DNA from: Spirochaetia bacterium
GTDB lineage: Bacteria > Spirochaetota > Spirochaetia > UBA9216
Direction of reading: 5' to 3'
NCBI GenBank assembly: GCA_963677925.2
Contig: CAXXYH010000003.1
Location: forward strand, 128,001-192,000
Length of the DNA: 64,000 nucleotides
The notes under the pieces were generated by a model that searched no databases, was not told where the DNA came from, and saw only the letters and a program-made list of their open reading frames with translations. The number at the start of each line of letters is the position of its first letter. Within the stretch, counting starts at the first letter, position 1. Below are positions 28,774 to 39,176 of this stretch, piece after piece. The position numbers and the translations under genes are program-made.

Positions 28774-30837
28774 TTAGATTGTATCCAGATTTGATCTTCT
28801 TGGTCTGCCGCGTCTTGTTTTTGTCTTGTCGTTATCAACAACACCCTTAGACTTGGCTTTAGTTTTCGGTGCAGCTTTTTTAGCAGGTGCCTTAGGCTTT
28901 GTTTTGATAGTAGTATCCGCTAATGCAGGACTGTCATCTGGTGAATTAAGCATATCAAGATATGATTCACCAAGAGATTTCTGCTTAAGCATATCATCTT
29001 CAGAAAGATCCGAAGCAAAACTCATATCAATATCTTCTCTGACAGTGGAACGTCTTCTTGAGAAGGCTGCAAATGCTGCATCCTGAAATCCTTTTGAAAC
29101 ACCATGAAGGAACTCATTGAGAACATTTGCCATTCCGTCCAGAGTAGCCTTCTTTCTCTTGATTGAAGTAATATCAACATCAAGAAGAAGTCCAGGCTGG
29201 ATATGGTAAGGATTGATAAGATAATCGAATTTATTGAATTCGGCTTCAAGAAAAGTAAGTCTGTCTTCAAGGACACGTCTCTGAATCGGGTACTTATAAC
29301 TGTACATATCCTGAAGTTTATCTCTCATAAGAATAAGCTTTTTCTTAAGTTTATCTTTTTCCAGAACATATGTTCTGTTCATTTTTTCAACTTCAGTTTC
29401 AGCTGCGCTTACAAAAGAGATTTCATCCCAGCTCTTTTCGATGTCTTCGTAAAGAGGATCACCGGTTTTTGCCTTGATGTTCTTCTTGATTTTATTTTTG
29501 TATCTGTCTGATAGGTCTTTAAAATCGACAACGCCTTTAAATCTCTTACCGTCAGAGTAAACCATTTCAAGAACGTCCCATACATGTTCAACTTCAACCT
29601 CAAAGGATTTTACCTGAACATCATAAGCCTTTCTCTCTTCGATTAGCTGAGCATTGTCGTAGTATTTAAGACGAATGTTATATCTTTCATCAGGAAGTAT
29701 GGCTGCATCAGTATCTTCATACTCTCTGATAACAAGTTCTCTTGCATTTTTAAGGTTCTCGATATACTGATAACCCATTTTTGAAGTATCAAGAATACTT
29801 GTAATTGAATTAACTGCTGTGTTGTAGCCTCTGTTTCTAATATTCTCAATATCCATGATTTTTTTAAGATTTTCACGGATGTTCAGAGGATCGAACTCAT
29901 TAGGATCAATCTCAGCTCTAAGCCCTTCAACCTTCTCCATAATGTTCTTGGCTATGTATTTATACCTGTTTGATTTTGCATTGTTTACTTCATCAGCGGT
30001 ATGATTTTCTACACGGCCCATCTTCTGAAAGATGATTTCACTGTCGTTAAGCTCTTCAAGTCCCTTATCGAGTCTTTCATCCTTAAGATTCTCAATTTCC
30101 TTGTCAATTGCGTCAATAATCTGCTTTGAAACAAGGTCTTTGATAAGATACTCAACTGTAGCCTGATAGTGAAAAATTGGACTTATCAGCTCAGAATCAA
30201 GAATATTAACTGAAAGCTTTACATTACATACAGTCTTTGGTTTCTCGATACTGTCCTTGAAAGAACATTTAACTACTGAATAAGCATTCTCGCCTCTTAT
30301 GAAAGCACCAACATCGGTTTTCTGTCTAAGGAGTGAGTTGGTAAGGTTTTCAAGATCATTCATACCTCTCTGTATATGCCCCTGAAGGTGACCATACATA
30401 TTAACAATTGATTTCTCAATTTCACCGGTATTGAATCTGTCCATACCGCCTACTTCTTCAAGCAGCGCTGCTATTTCTTTGGGTGTGTACCTGGTAAGTA
30501 CTTTCATTTCTTCTTTATCAATGAAGTTTCTTACCTTTTTAACCATTTCATCTTCAGTTGTAACTATGTAACGGTTGAACATATTCTGGTAGTTCTGGTT
30601 GAAATAGTTATAAACTTTCTCTTTTAAGCCACCCATGACATCCAGTTTAGAAAGGACATCTTCCGGTAATTTGGCATTGATATGGTTAACGACTTTATCT
30701 ACTTCTTCTTCGAGCAGTCTTTCTACTTCTGCCTGCTGGTCCCTGCTTTCCTGAGCGAGAGAGTTCCTGGAGCCCACCGCACTCCTCTTTTCAGGATGGA
30801 ATACCATTGGACTTTTAGGTAGATCTATGCTTCCCAT
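28774..30837 (-). CDS. cfpA: Cytoplasmic filament protein A
   Basis: N-terminus [24 protein letters not shown] is typical of treponemal CfpA; ~690 aa, coiled-coil rich; strong RBS AAGGAG. Confidence 0.9.
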   Translation of the reverse strand: MGSIDLPKSPMVFHPEKRSAVGSRNSLAQESRDQQAEVERLLEEEVDKVVNHINAKLPEDVLSKLDVMGGLKEKVYNYFNQNYQNMFNRYIVTTEDEMVKKVRNFIDKEEMKVLTRYTPKEIAALLEEVGGMDRFNTGEIEKSIVNMYGHLQGHIQRGMNDLENLTNSLLRQKTDVGAFIRGENAYSVVKCSFKDSIEKPKTVCNVKLSVNILDSELISPIFHYQATVEYLIKDLVSKQIIDAIDKEIENLKDERLDKGLEELNDSEIIFQKMGRVENHTADEVNNAKSNRYKYIAKNIMEKVEGLRAEIDPNEFDPLNIRENLKKIMDIENIRNRGYNTAVNSITSILDTSKMGYQYIENLKNARELVIREYEDTDAAILPDERYNIRLKYYDNAQLIEERKAYDVQVKSFEVEVEHVWDVLEMVYSDGKRFKGVVDFKDLSDRYKNKIKKNIKAKTGDPLYEDIEKSWDEISFVSAAETEVEKMNRTYVLEKDKLKKKLILMRDKLQDMYSYKYPIQRRVLEDRLTFLEAEFNKFDYLINPYHIQPGLLLDVDITSIKRKKATLDGMANVLNEFLHGVSKGFQDAAFAAFSRRRSTVREDIDMSFASDLSEDDMLKQKSLGESYLDMLNSPDDSPALADTTIKTKPKAPAKKAAPKTKAKSKGVVDNDKTKTRRGRPRRSNLDTI

Positions 30838-30870
30838 TTTACTCTCCTTAATTCTCTTATATCTATACAG

Positions 30871-30917
30871 ATTATCAATAAGATTACTGATATGTAAAGT
30901 ACGTTTTTTTTTTTTTT
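30871..30917 (-). promoter_or_regulatory. Putative cfpA promoter (TTTACA-16-GATAAT) with upstream A14 tract (UP-element position)
   Basis: Minus-strand -10 at 30871-30876, -35 at 30893-30898, T14 run at 30904-30917 on +. Confidence 0.45.
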
Positions 30918-30984
30918 AATAAGTTTTAATGCTTTTTTATAAAAAAACAACATGTTACTATAAAGCCGAAGGGTAAATGTTATT

Positions 30985-32148
30985 ATGAAAAAAAATTACA
31001 CGTTCTTTATGGTTTTATTAGTATTTTCAGTACTCTCTACCTCTCTTTACGCTGATAAAAGGACTGAAAATATTGATATGTTTCTTGTAGTCGATAAAAG
31101 CAAGTCGATGGTTGAAGAAATTGAAGATGTCAGTACTTATATTATAGAAAATTTCATTGATAATTTTCTTATTGAGGGTGACCATTTAACTGTAATAGAA
31201 TTCTATGGCAAAGCTGATGTTGTTTTCAATAAAACACTTACTTTTCAGGGAATTGAACAGATATCAGATGAGCTGCTGAACCTGAAAGCCGACGGACGGT
31301 TTACAGATATAGGAAATGCTCTGGACAGACTTGGAAGTTCACTTTCGGCATATAATTCAGAAAACAGCCGGCAATATCTTATTTTATTGACAGACGGAAA
31401 GCAGGAGGCTCCGGAGAATAGTCCATATTATTCTCCGGACGGCTCTTTTAATCACAACTTTCTGGAAAATACAAAGACTATCCAGAAAAAAGGCTGGAAA
31501 ATCATTCTTCTTGGTGTCGGCAACGAATCCGCTGTTGAGGAACTTTCAAAAGAGCTGTTAACAACATACGAAGAAATTGATTTCAGCAGCAATGTCACCG
31601 AACTCTCTCCTGCAGATGAGACTCTTGGACGTATTCTTTCATCAGGATTTTATATACAGGATGACACAATCAATATAAGTCTTAAAAGCGACGGCTACAG
31701 TACTGAACGTACTGTGATCATCAGCAGAATACTGTATCAGGAACAGGGAATTAATTACGAGCTACTCGCTGAACCCTTTGAAGTTAAAATTCCTTCAGAA
31801 ACTGCAGTTGAGGTAAAAATTCCGTTTAAATTATCAGGTGAACTTACTCCCGGAATGCATTCGGGCTCCTTTCTTTTCAACTTTTCGGGCGATACACCAT
31901 TTATACCTGCCGTATTTGATTACCAGATTGAAGTTGAAAACGGTAGAATTATGACGGAAAGCAGTGAAATTGTTAAAAATAATTCTGCAGAGGGAAGCAA
32001 AACTTCATCAAAATTTCTTATAATTATAGTAATTCTGGCAGTTATTGCTGCGGCAGTTGCTGCATTTATAATTATTAGAAATTATATCATCAGGGCTTCA
32101 GCTGAAAAGGATGAAAAACGAAATAATGAGATTTCAGGCAATAATTGA
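30985..32148 (+). CDS. Exported vWA-domain protein with C-terminal TM anchor (Tp0750-like)
   Basis: Signal peptide, MIDAS DKSKSM...TDIG.AL...LLTDG, C-terminal hydrophobic helix. Confidence 0.85.
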   Translation: MKKNYTFFMVLLVFSVLSTSLYADKRTENIDMFLVVDKSKSMVEEIEDVSTYIIENFIDNFLIEGDHLTVIEFYGKADVVFNKTLTFQGIEQISDELLNLKADGRFTDIGNALDRLGSSLSAYNSENSRQYLILLTDGKQEAPENSPYYSPDGSFNHNFLENTKTIQKKGWKIILLGVGNESAVEELSKELLTTYEEIDFSSNVTELSPADETLGRILSSGFYIQDDTINISLKSDGYSTERTVIISRILYQEQGINYELLAEPFEVKIPSETAVEVKIPFKLSGELTPGMHSGSFLFNFSGDTPFIPAVFDYQIEVENGRIMTESSEIVKNNSAEGSKTSSKFLIIIVILAVIAAAVAAFIIIRNYIIRASAEKDEKRNNEISGNN

Positions 32149-33103
32149 TTTTATCAACAGCAACAGCAAATTCATACTCACAGCTCATGAAACTCCTGAT
32201 GGAGATGCTATCGGAAGTGAAATTGCTGCCAGCCATGCTCTCAGATCTTTAGGTAAACAGACAATCATTTTTAATGCCGATCCCATGGGGGAAAAATACC
32301 GTTTTCTCGACACAGATGATGAGGTTCAGCTGCTGAACAGTGAAGCCGTTCTCCCTGAAGATATTAAAGACTGGGTTCTTATTATTCTCGACACAAACGA
32401 TATCAATAATATCGGTGCTGTAAAAGATCGTATACTTACAAAGGTTAAGGATTTTTTTATTTTCGATCATCATGAGGGCGGTGATTCTGTTTTGTCTGCC
32501 AATCATATCGAAAATGAAGCATCTTCCACATGTGAGATGCTCTTCGAACTTTTTGAAGCGATGAACCTTACACTCACCCTTGCGATGGCACAGGCTCTTT
32601 ATCTTGGAATTGTTTATGACACCGGTTCATTCATTTATCCTAAAACTACAGCAAAAACATTTTCCATTGCCGAAAAATGTGTAAGTCTGGGAGTCAACCC
32701 CAACTTTATTTATTCAAAATTATATGAAAGCAATTCGATTTCTTCTTTGATGCTTCAGTCAAGAGTATTATCAACATTAGAGTTTTTTTATGATCATAAT
32801 GTTGCAATTCAAACTATGCTTAAAGATGACATTATAAAAAGCGGAGCTATGTATGAAGAAGCCGATTCCCTGATAAACCTTCCTCTAAAAAGTGAAGCTA
32901 TCAAAGTTTCAATATTTTTCAAGGAAAACCTGGAGGGTATTCTAAGATGTTCGCTTCGTTCAAAGGGAAATATTGATGTAGCTTTTATTGCCCAGGTTTT
33001 CGGTGGAGGCGGTCATAAAACGGCCGCCGGTTTTAAGAGTAAATTCCCACTTGAAGAGATACGCAAAAAAGTGTTAGAAATGCTTAGAAAATACTTCGTG
33101 TGA
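32111..33103 (+). CDS. nrnA: DHH/DHHA1 phosphoesterase (NrnA/DhhP-like)
   Basis: HETPDGDAIGS, D, DHH, DTGSF, SLRS, GGGGHKTAAG. Confidence 0.9.
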   Translation: MKNEIMRFQAIIDFINSNSKFILTAHETPDGDAIGSEIAASHALRSLGKQTIIFNADPMGEKYRFLDTDDEVQLLNSEAVLPEDIKDWVLIILDTNDINNIGAVKDRILTKVKDFFIFDHHEGGDSVLSANHIENEASSTCEMLFELFEAMNLTLTLAMAQALYLGIVYDTGSFIYPKTTAKTFSIAEKCVSLGVNPNFIYSKLYESNSISSLMLQSRVLSTLEFFYDHNVAIQTMLKDDIIKSGAMYEEADSLINLPLKSEAIKVSIFFKENLEGILRCSLRSKGNIDVAFIAQVFGGGGHKTAAGFKSKFPLEEIRKKVLEMLRKYFV

Positions 33104-33107
33104 ATCT

Positions 33108-34649
33108 ATGATAAAGAAAAATATACTGTTTTTTATAGTTATAATGCTTTTAAGCAATTTATATTCCTGTAACAGAGCTTCCGAGGTTTACGAAAGACCC
33201 GAAAGTGTTACTCAGCTGACGCCTGCTCCGGATGAAGATAGTATTTCAGATGATGAAAAATATGAAGACAGCTTCAGTATTCAGGAAACAAAGCCAAATA
33301 TTGTTATCAGAAGCGATGAAACTGTTTTAAGTACTATTAACCTGAATCTTGATCTTGATACTTCGGATGAACAGATTATTGTATTGAAGAACAGACAGAA
33401 TCCGGCTCTTGAAATTTATATTGCTGTAGCAGATTATGATAATGTTAAAGGAGATTATGTCCGGGTCTGGGAAGGTACTACATCCGCAACAAGCGGAAGA
33501 TCCTTCAGTGTTTATCTTGAGGATTTAGTCGGCGATCATTCAAATCAGATCGTATGTTCAGGTAGGGATTCTGAAGGCAATACGACGCTTGATGTATTCT
33601 GGAGAAATAATGAGAGCAGCGGCAGCGGACTTAATTATTCTTCCATTTTCAGCCTGAAGCAGCCGGGAGCAATTGAGATTATTCCTGTCAAACGCAGTAT
33701 GGCCTACGAATCCGGGCAGAAAGACGGCGTAAGCTATACGATTTCTGCGTCCACTGAAAAATCAGGCAATGACGGAAAAATCAGTCTCATTCAGTCTATT
33801 TATTTCTGGGATTTCCCTCTGAAAAAATTTATCAAACTTAAAGAGGAAGAGCTAGAGTACACAACTATTGAAGAAAAACAGCTTGCTGATATTTACAGCG
33901 GGCCGGAAGAAAATTTCTATGCTTATATTAACGGACCATGGTTTACGGAAAATTCAACTTCCTGGAATAATAATATTATTGTACTTATGGATCCTAAGGC
34001 TGAGACTATTACTTTTTACAGCGATAGAATTCAGGAAAATTTTAAGTGGACTAATTCATATAAAGTCTTAAGTAATCTTCTGTATATACGTGCTCAGAAT
34101 GAAATAATAAATTATATAGAAATTGAAGTTTATGTGCGTATTGTCAATCTTGATGAGATACGCCTGACTGTCAAGGATATTGACAATCAGACAAGAGTTA
34201 TTTCCCCTAATGATGTCTGGACTGATAACTACTACCGTATGGGTGAACGTGAGAAATTCGATACAATCAAAACTCTAAGAAAGGCTTCAGAAGCAATAGA
34301 ATTACCGGAGCTGAATGGACAGTATATCAGTGATGCCGGAGATATCATTGAATTCTACGGCACATCCTTCCATATGAAAAACAGCTTTGAAGAAATCTCA
34401 GGCGGTTATGCAGTATACTCAGCCGATACCCCTGTTTTAAGTTTGAAAATTGTTGATGATTCAGGCATTGAAATTGATACAAGAGCATTTTCAATTGATT
34501 TTTCGGAAGAAAATAAAAACAGAATTATCGAGCGGACGCTTGTGATGGTGCCCGGAGAGTTAAGTATATATGGTTTCAAACCTTCTGATACCGAATATTA
34601 CAGGTTTACACAGACTGAAACTCTGGATATGTCATCAGAGAATGAATAA
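33108..34649 (+). CDS. Lipoprotein, pallilysin-related adhesin family (Tp0751-like)
   Basis: Spirochaetal lipobox LYSC; NLDLD..DEQII and DLVGDH motifs; lies downstream of a vWA gene next to cfpA. Confidence 0.6.
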   Translation: MIKKNILFFIVIMLLSNLYSCNRASEVYERPESVTQLTPAPDEDSISDDEKYEDSFSIQETKPNIVIRSDETVLSTINLNLDLDTSDEQIIVLKNRQNPALEIYIAVADYDNVKGDYVRVWEGTTSATSGRSFSVYLEDLVGDHSNQIVCSGRDSEGNTTLDVFWRNNESSGSGLNYSSIFSLKQPGAIEIIPVKRSMAYESGQKDGVSYTISASTEKSGNDGKISLIQSIYFWDFPLKKFIKLKEEELEYTTIEEKQLADIYSGPEENFYAYINGPWFTENSTSWNNNIIVLMDPKAETITFYSDRIQENFKWTNSYKVLSNLLYIRAQNEIINYIEIEVYVRIVNLDEIRLTVKDIDNQTRVISPNDVWTDNYYRMGEREKFDTIKTLRKASEAIELPELNGQYISDAGDIIEFYGTSFHMKNSFEEISGGYAVYSADTPVLSLKIVDDSGIEIDTRAFSIDFSEENKNRIIERTLVMVPGELSIYGFKPSDTEYYRFTQTETLDMSSENE

Positions 34650-35612
34650 TCAGTATATTGGATAAGCCTCGTACCCGTTTTCTTTTAATTTAATCACCAT
34701 ATCCTGAAGTTCTTCTGCAGGAATAGCCGGCATGAGTACTACATGGTATATCTTGCTGTTTACTGTTTTTTCAGACAATTTCACCTGGAATCCCTCAGCA
34801 AGCAGTTTTTTAAGCAGTTCATCAGCATTCTTCTCTACCCCGAATGAACCGAGCTGAATTGAAATTGTATTCTCATCATCAACAGCAGATTCGGTTTCAG
34901 ATTCAATTATTTCTACTTTATTCTCAGCCTGATCTGAAACAGTAACAAATTCCTGTTCAGGATTTATTCTAAAAAAACCGAGAAGCCGTTCAGGACTAGG
35001 AAAATCTGTAAATTGAACAAGTTCGGCTATATTATTAATTTTATCCATATTTCTGCTGATTATTCCATTAATCTTATTAAGGCTGCTATCTGCAGCCTTG
35101 GAGAGCTCATCAAGCCAGAAAACTGCTTCAAGCGGGATGTCGTCTCTGGAGAATACATCCTCTATCATATCTACAGATTCTTGATCTTCTCCTCTCAGAA
35201 AATAAACTCTTGATAACAATGTTCTGCATTTTTGAGAGAGATTCAGATCTTCAGTGAAATTCATGATGATTTTCAGCTGTGATTCAGATTTATGGTAATC
35301 GGCTATTTCGGCATTTAATACTGCACTTTTATAAAGCGATTCATAGTCTTTATTTCCACTGACGGCAAGAGAAGCCTGCTCAAAATACCCGGCGGCCTTT
35401 GATAGATTTCCAGAGCTTTCGCTGATATATCCTGCTTCCAGATATTTTTGGTACAGTTCAGTTTCACTGATATTGGCACTGTTCTCGAAAAGACCGGAAA
35501 GAACTTCATCAGCCTTAGATTCACTTACTTTAATAATATCCTGGGCATGAACATTGAATAAAGCTGTTAGAAAAAAAACAAACAGCAGAAGTGATTTATA
35601 ATTCTTTTTCAA
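34650..35612 (-). CDS. Exported TPR + SPOR-domain protein
   Basis: Probable TTG start at 35612 with signal peptide (VHA/Q); C-terminal IQLGSF...NA..L...L...GF SPOR motif. Confidence 0.8.
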   Translation of the reverse strand: MKKNYKSLLLFVFFLTALFNVHAQDIIKVSESKADEVLSGLFENSANISETELYQKYLEAGYISESSGNLSKAAGYFEQASLAVSGNKDYESLYKSAVLNAEIADYHKSESQLKIIMNFTEDLNLSQKCRTLLSRVYFLRGEDQESVDMIEDVFSRDDIPLEAVFWLDELSKAADSSLNKINGIISRNMDKINNIAELVQFTDFPSPERLLGFFRINPEQEFVTVSDQAENKVEIIESETESAVDDENTISIQLGSFGVEKNADELLKKLLAEGFQVKLSEKTVNSKIYHVVLMPAIPAEELQDMVIKLKENGYEAYPIY

Positions 35613-35886
35613 CAGGATTAACTGGTTCCGGTATAATTTCGTCATCAATATATTCAACTTTCTTCTTTTTTTTGCTAACTTCTTTTTTGTTCTTCATACT
35701 CACATAAAAGGCAAACGGGAGCGTAAATACGGCTCCGGCAAGAAAAGCAGTGAAAATACTTAAAAAAACAGGTACATCAGTAAATTTCACAAAACCAAGA
35801 GATATATCAGACATATTTCCCAGGTTCAGTGCCGAGATAATAAGTGCGATACCAAGTCCGACAAGAAAAAACACCAGTTTAAACAT
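35596..35886 (-). CDS. Small membrane protein, LapA/DUF1049-like
   Basis: Two TM segments around N....ISLGF..F..VPVF, basic tail. Confidence 0.65.
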   Translation of the reverse strand: MFKLVFFLVGLGIALIISALNLGNMSDISLGFVKFTDVPVFLSIFTAFLAGAVFTLPFAFYVSMKNKKEVSKKKKKVEYIDDEIIPEPVNPVEKEL

Positions 35887-37183
35887 TGATTAAACCTCCG
35901 GTATATGTACTTCCTTTTAATCCGCTTATGCTTAAGTTAACATATCTGTTTAATAAGTCAACTCCTCCCGGAAATACAATCATACTATTTTTATCGGTGC
36001 GGCCAAGCAGCATCTTGTCATCTTTTTTAGATATCGACTCGACTACTGCGGTGGTTTCCTGCCCTATCCTTTTTAATTTAACGTCTGTTGATGTAGTTCT
36101 GTGAATTTCAATAATTTCACTTAACCGTTTTGATTTCACATCATGAGGTACATCATCAGTCATTTTATAGGCGGCAGTCCCTTCACGCGGATTATAGTAA
36201 TATGTGAAAGCATCTTCAAAACGCATTTCATTCATAAAATCTTTCAGCTTATTAAAATCTTCTTCTGTTTCTCCGGGAAAGCCGACCATAATATCAGTGC
36301 TCAATGATAAATCTGTAATTTTTGATCGAAGTTTTCTTATTATTGTTCGGTATTGCTCTACTGTATATTTTCTGTTCATATTCTTTAGAACATTATCAGA
36401 GCCGTGCTGTGCAGGAAGATGAAGATATTTGCAGAGACGGTCCTCAGAAGCGTACAGCTCAATTAGTTCGTCAGAAAAGTCCTGCGGATTGGAACTGGTA
36501 AATCGAAGCCATTTTACATCAGTGTCATTTAGAATACGGCGAATCAGTGCTGAAAAATTAATTTCAAAACTATCCTTTCTATATCTGAAAGAATTTACAT
36601 TCTGACCTAACAAGGTTATTTCACTCACTCCTTCTGCGGTCAGCTGTCTAATTTCTTTAATTATCTCATCATCATTTCTTGATGTCTCACGGCCCCGCAC
36701 ATACGGGACTATACAGTATGAACAGAAGTTATCACATCCGTTCATCACAGGAACCATTGCATGCGTTGAACTGACCTTACCGTACTTTTCAAAAAAACTG
36801 TAATCTTCAGTCAGGTCAGAAGTGCTGTCATCTTCAGTGCCTGACAGGATTCTGGCGGCTTTGTTTTTATGTTCATTATCAATAACGTCACTGACTACCG
36901 GGAATTTCTTCTTAAGTTCGTCTTTCAGCCTTTCGGCCATACAGCCGATAATTACGAGTCGGAATTCGTGCTGTTCCGAAAGACTTTTAAAGTATCCCAG
37001 ACGGCCCCAGATACGGTTTTCAGCCGACTGCCTTACCGAGCATGTATTTATAACTATCAGCTGAGCTTCTTTATCATATTCAGCTTCAGTCCATCCGCTG
37101 CTTCGCAGTTCGTTTTTTAAAGCTTCGCTTTCGGCTGTATTCATCTGACAGCCGTATGTCTCAATAAAAAATTTTCGGGACAA
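35879..37183 (-). CDS. miaB: tRNA-2-methylthio-N6-dimethylallyladenosine synthase
   Basis: ETYGCQMN, NTCSVR, CDNFCSYC radical-SAM motif, TRAM domain. Confidence 0.95.
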   Translation of the reverse strand: MSRKFFIETYGCQMNTAESEALKNELRSSGWTEAEYDKEAQLIVINTCSVRQSAENRIWGRLGYFKSLSEQHEFRLVIIGCMAERLKDELKKKFPVVSDVIDNEHKNKAARILSGTEDDSTSDLTEDYSFFEKYGKVSSTHAMVPVMNGCDNFCSYCIVPYVRGRETSRNDDEIIKEIRQLTAEGVSEITLLGQNVNSFRYRKDSFEINFSALIRRILNDTDVKWLRFTSSNPQDFSDELIELYASEDRLCKYLHLPAQHGSDNVLKNMNRKYTVEQYRTIIRKLRSKITDLSLSTDIMVGFPGETEEDFNKLKDFMNEMRFEDAFTYYYNPREGTAAYKMTDDVPHDVKSKRLSEIIEIHRTTSTDVKLKRIGQETTAVVESISKKDDKMLLGRTDKNSMIVFPGGVDLLNRYVNLSISGLKGSTYTGGLINV

Positions 37184-37184
37184 G

Positions 37185-39176
37185 CTATAATTCTCCCTGT
37201 ATAATTTTCCTTACATACCACCTGATAACATTCCAGTCATCATTCTCTGGCAGCAGTATCCATGCTCCTTCGGAGCTGTATGTATCATACAGGATATTAT
37301 CAAAACTTAAAACATGCTTGCCGGCCAGCTGAGAATTACCAAAATTACTGTAGAGACTTAAAAATTCAACAGGACTGAAATCGGTATCGACGTAATTGAA
37401 GAAAGCGTTTATAAGACTGTAAACCTTTGCTGCATCTGTAACCCGAAGCTGCTGGAATTTATTAACTGCTCCTTCTATTATCATCTGCTGTCTTTCTGAA
37501 CGGTTAAAATCGTTAGAACCATGTCTTGATCTTGCAACCCTCAGAGCTTCAACTCCGTTCAGACTGTAATCGCCGGCTTTGTAATTAAGAGTTGACCATT
37601 CACCGTTCTCACGTATCCGGTAGGTAGGATCGATGAGATCTTCATTTAAAGTTATATCAATACCGCCTAAAATATTCACAATATCTATAAAAGCATACAT
37701 ATCAACTATCACATATCTTGAAATATCCAGTCCAGTAATTGTTGATAATTCTTTTTTTAACTGTTCCGGCCCGTAATACTGGTAGATGCTGTTTACCCGC
37801 CTGCCCTTCCAGTACAAATCTCTGGGAATACCAATGAGATAAGCCTTTCCTGTGCTTTTATCGGCATGTACGATAATCATAGTATCAGTATTTTTTTCAT
37901 GCATCCCGACAAGAAGACAGGTTATTGAATCCCGGCTTGAGTATATATCATTTACACTGCTGATATTTTCAGGGATTATAAAGTTTTTTTTTGATTCAGC
38001 CTTAAGCTCTGATTTAATGCTTACGGTTTTCAGCGAGGAAATTGGTACTTCATCAGCATCAACAAGGTATATATCACCCAGCTTTTTTAAAACTGAAAAT
38101 GAACCAAGCCTGCTGCCGTCTGCTTTTATCAGATCATAATAATAATAATCATTATCTTCTCTGGGTATAAAATTCAATGTAAGATCAAGGGATTCGAGAT
38201 AGCTTTGAAAAACTGAATCATTCTGAAGATCTTCAATTTTTGCCTGCGCATTCTGAATTAAAACTTCCTCAGCAGAACGAAGATCAAGAGTCTGTAATTG
38301 ACTCAGAATAATGTTTGATATATCAGCGTCCTCGGAATAATAACTATTGTTAATAAGAAAGCCCGGTTCATCTGCAACAGTAGTAAGTTCAGCACGCAGT
38401 GTATTAGAGTTGTTTTTGTTTGAAAAAATTAAAACTGGATTATTTTCATCATCAATTGATATTCTGATGTCATGTTCAGTGCAGAATTGAGCTACTTTTT
38501 CTGAAACTGCTGAATTTGAAAGGTTAGCTGCCATCTCCTTCTGTAAACTCAGTCTTTTATCATATTTGGATGCCGCATCTCTGATAAAAGATACAGCTTC
38601 GTTTGAAGCTGATGTGATATCAAGTCTGCTGCCCTCAAAGCCGCTTATTGTATAAACTTCCGTTTCTGCTATAATTTCACCAAGCTGGAAGCCATTCTTA
38701 TAGAATCCGCCGGTATTATTACCGGTCTTACGCATACTGACGCCTTCTTTGTTTAATGCAGTATTAAAATCGGTATCATTAATTATTTTCCCAAGCTTAA
38801 CCGAAAGTTTATAATTGTTTTCAGCATTAAAAAAGGCATCGATTGCCAGAAGAAATTCATTCGAGGCAGAATCTTGAGATATGGAATCAGATTCTTCTGA
38901 TATTCTTTCCGGATAAACCCTTATCGGCAGGCCGTTGGATTCACGGGTGTTTGTTAAATCCGAAACAAGCATTCCGCTGACATTGGATAAATAATTCAGG
39001 GTTTCCCTATCTTCCGAAATCTCCGCCATAAATGCATCATTGCGGCTGCTGAACTCTATTGTAAGTTTATGCAGTCTTGTATTCATCACAGATAAAGTAA
39101 TGACAAGCGCAATGAGTAAAATAAGTAATATAATATTCTTTAAACTAATAAGCTCTTTTAACTTATCAAAAATCAA
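37185..39176 (-). CDS. LytR-CpsA-Psr (LCP) family protein with long N-terminal periplasmic region
   Basis: N-terminal TM; TDTMII, IPRDL, LGGIDI, LNG.EAL..ARSR and DF.R..RQQ motifs. Confidence 0.88.
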   Translation of the reverse strand: MIFDKLKELISLKNIILLILLIALVITLSVMNTRLHKLTIEFSSRNDAFMAEISEDRETLNYLSNVSGMLVSDLTNTRESNGLPIRVYPERISEESDSISQDSASNEFLLAIDAFFNAENNYKLSVKLGKIINDTDFNTALNKEGVSMRKTGNNTGGFYKNGFQLGEIIAETEVYTISGFEGSRLDITSASNEAVSFIRDAASKYDKRLSLQKEMAANLSNSAVSEKVAQFCTEHDIRISIDDENNPVLIFSNKNNSNTLRAELTTVADEPGFLINNSYYSEDADISNIILSQLQTLDLRSAEEVLIQNAQAKIEDLQNDSVFQSYLESLDLTLNFIPREDNDYYYYDLIKADGSRLGSFSVLKKLGDIYLVDADEVPISSLKTVSIKSELKAESKKNFIIPENISSVNDIYSSRDSITCLLVGMHEKNTDTMIIVHADKSTGKAYLIGIPRDLYWKGRRVNSIYQYYGPEQLKKELSTITGLDISRYVIVDMYAFIDIVNILGGIDITLNEDLIDPTYRIRENGEWSTLNYKAGDYSLNGVEALRVARSRHGSNDFNRSERQQMIIEGAVNKFQQLRVTDAAKVYSLINAFFNYVDTDFSPVEFLSLYSNFGNSQLAGKHVLSFDNILYDTYSSEGAWILLPENDDWNVIRWYVRKIIQGEL

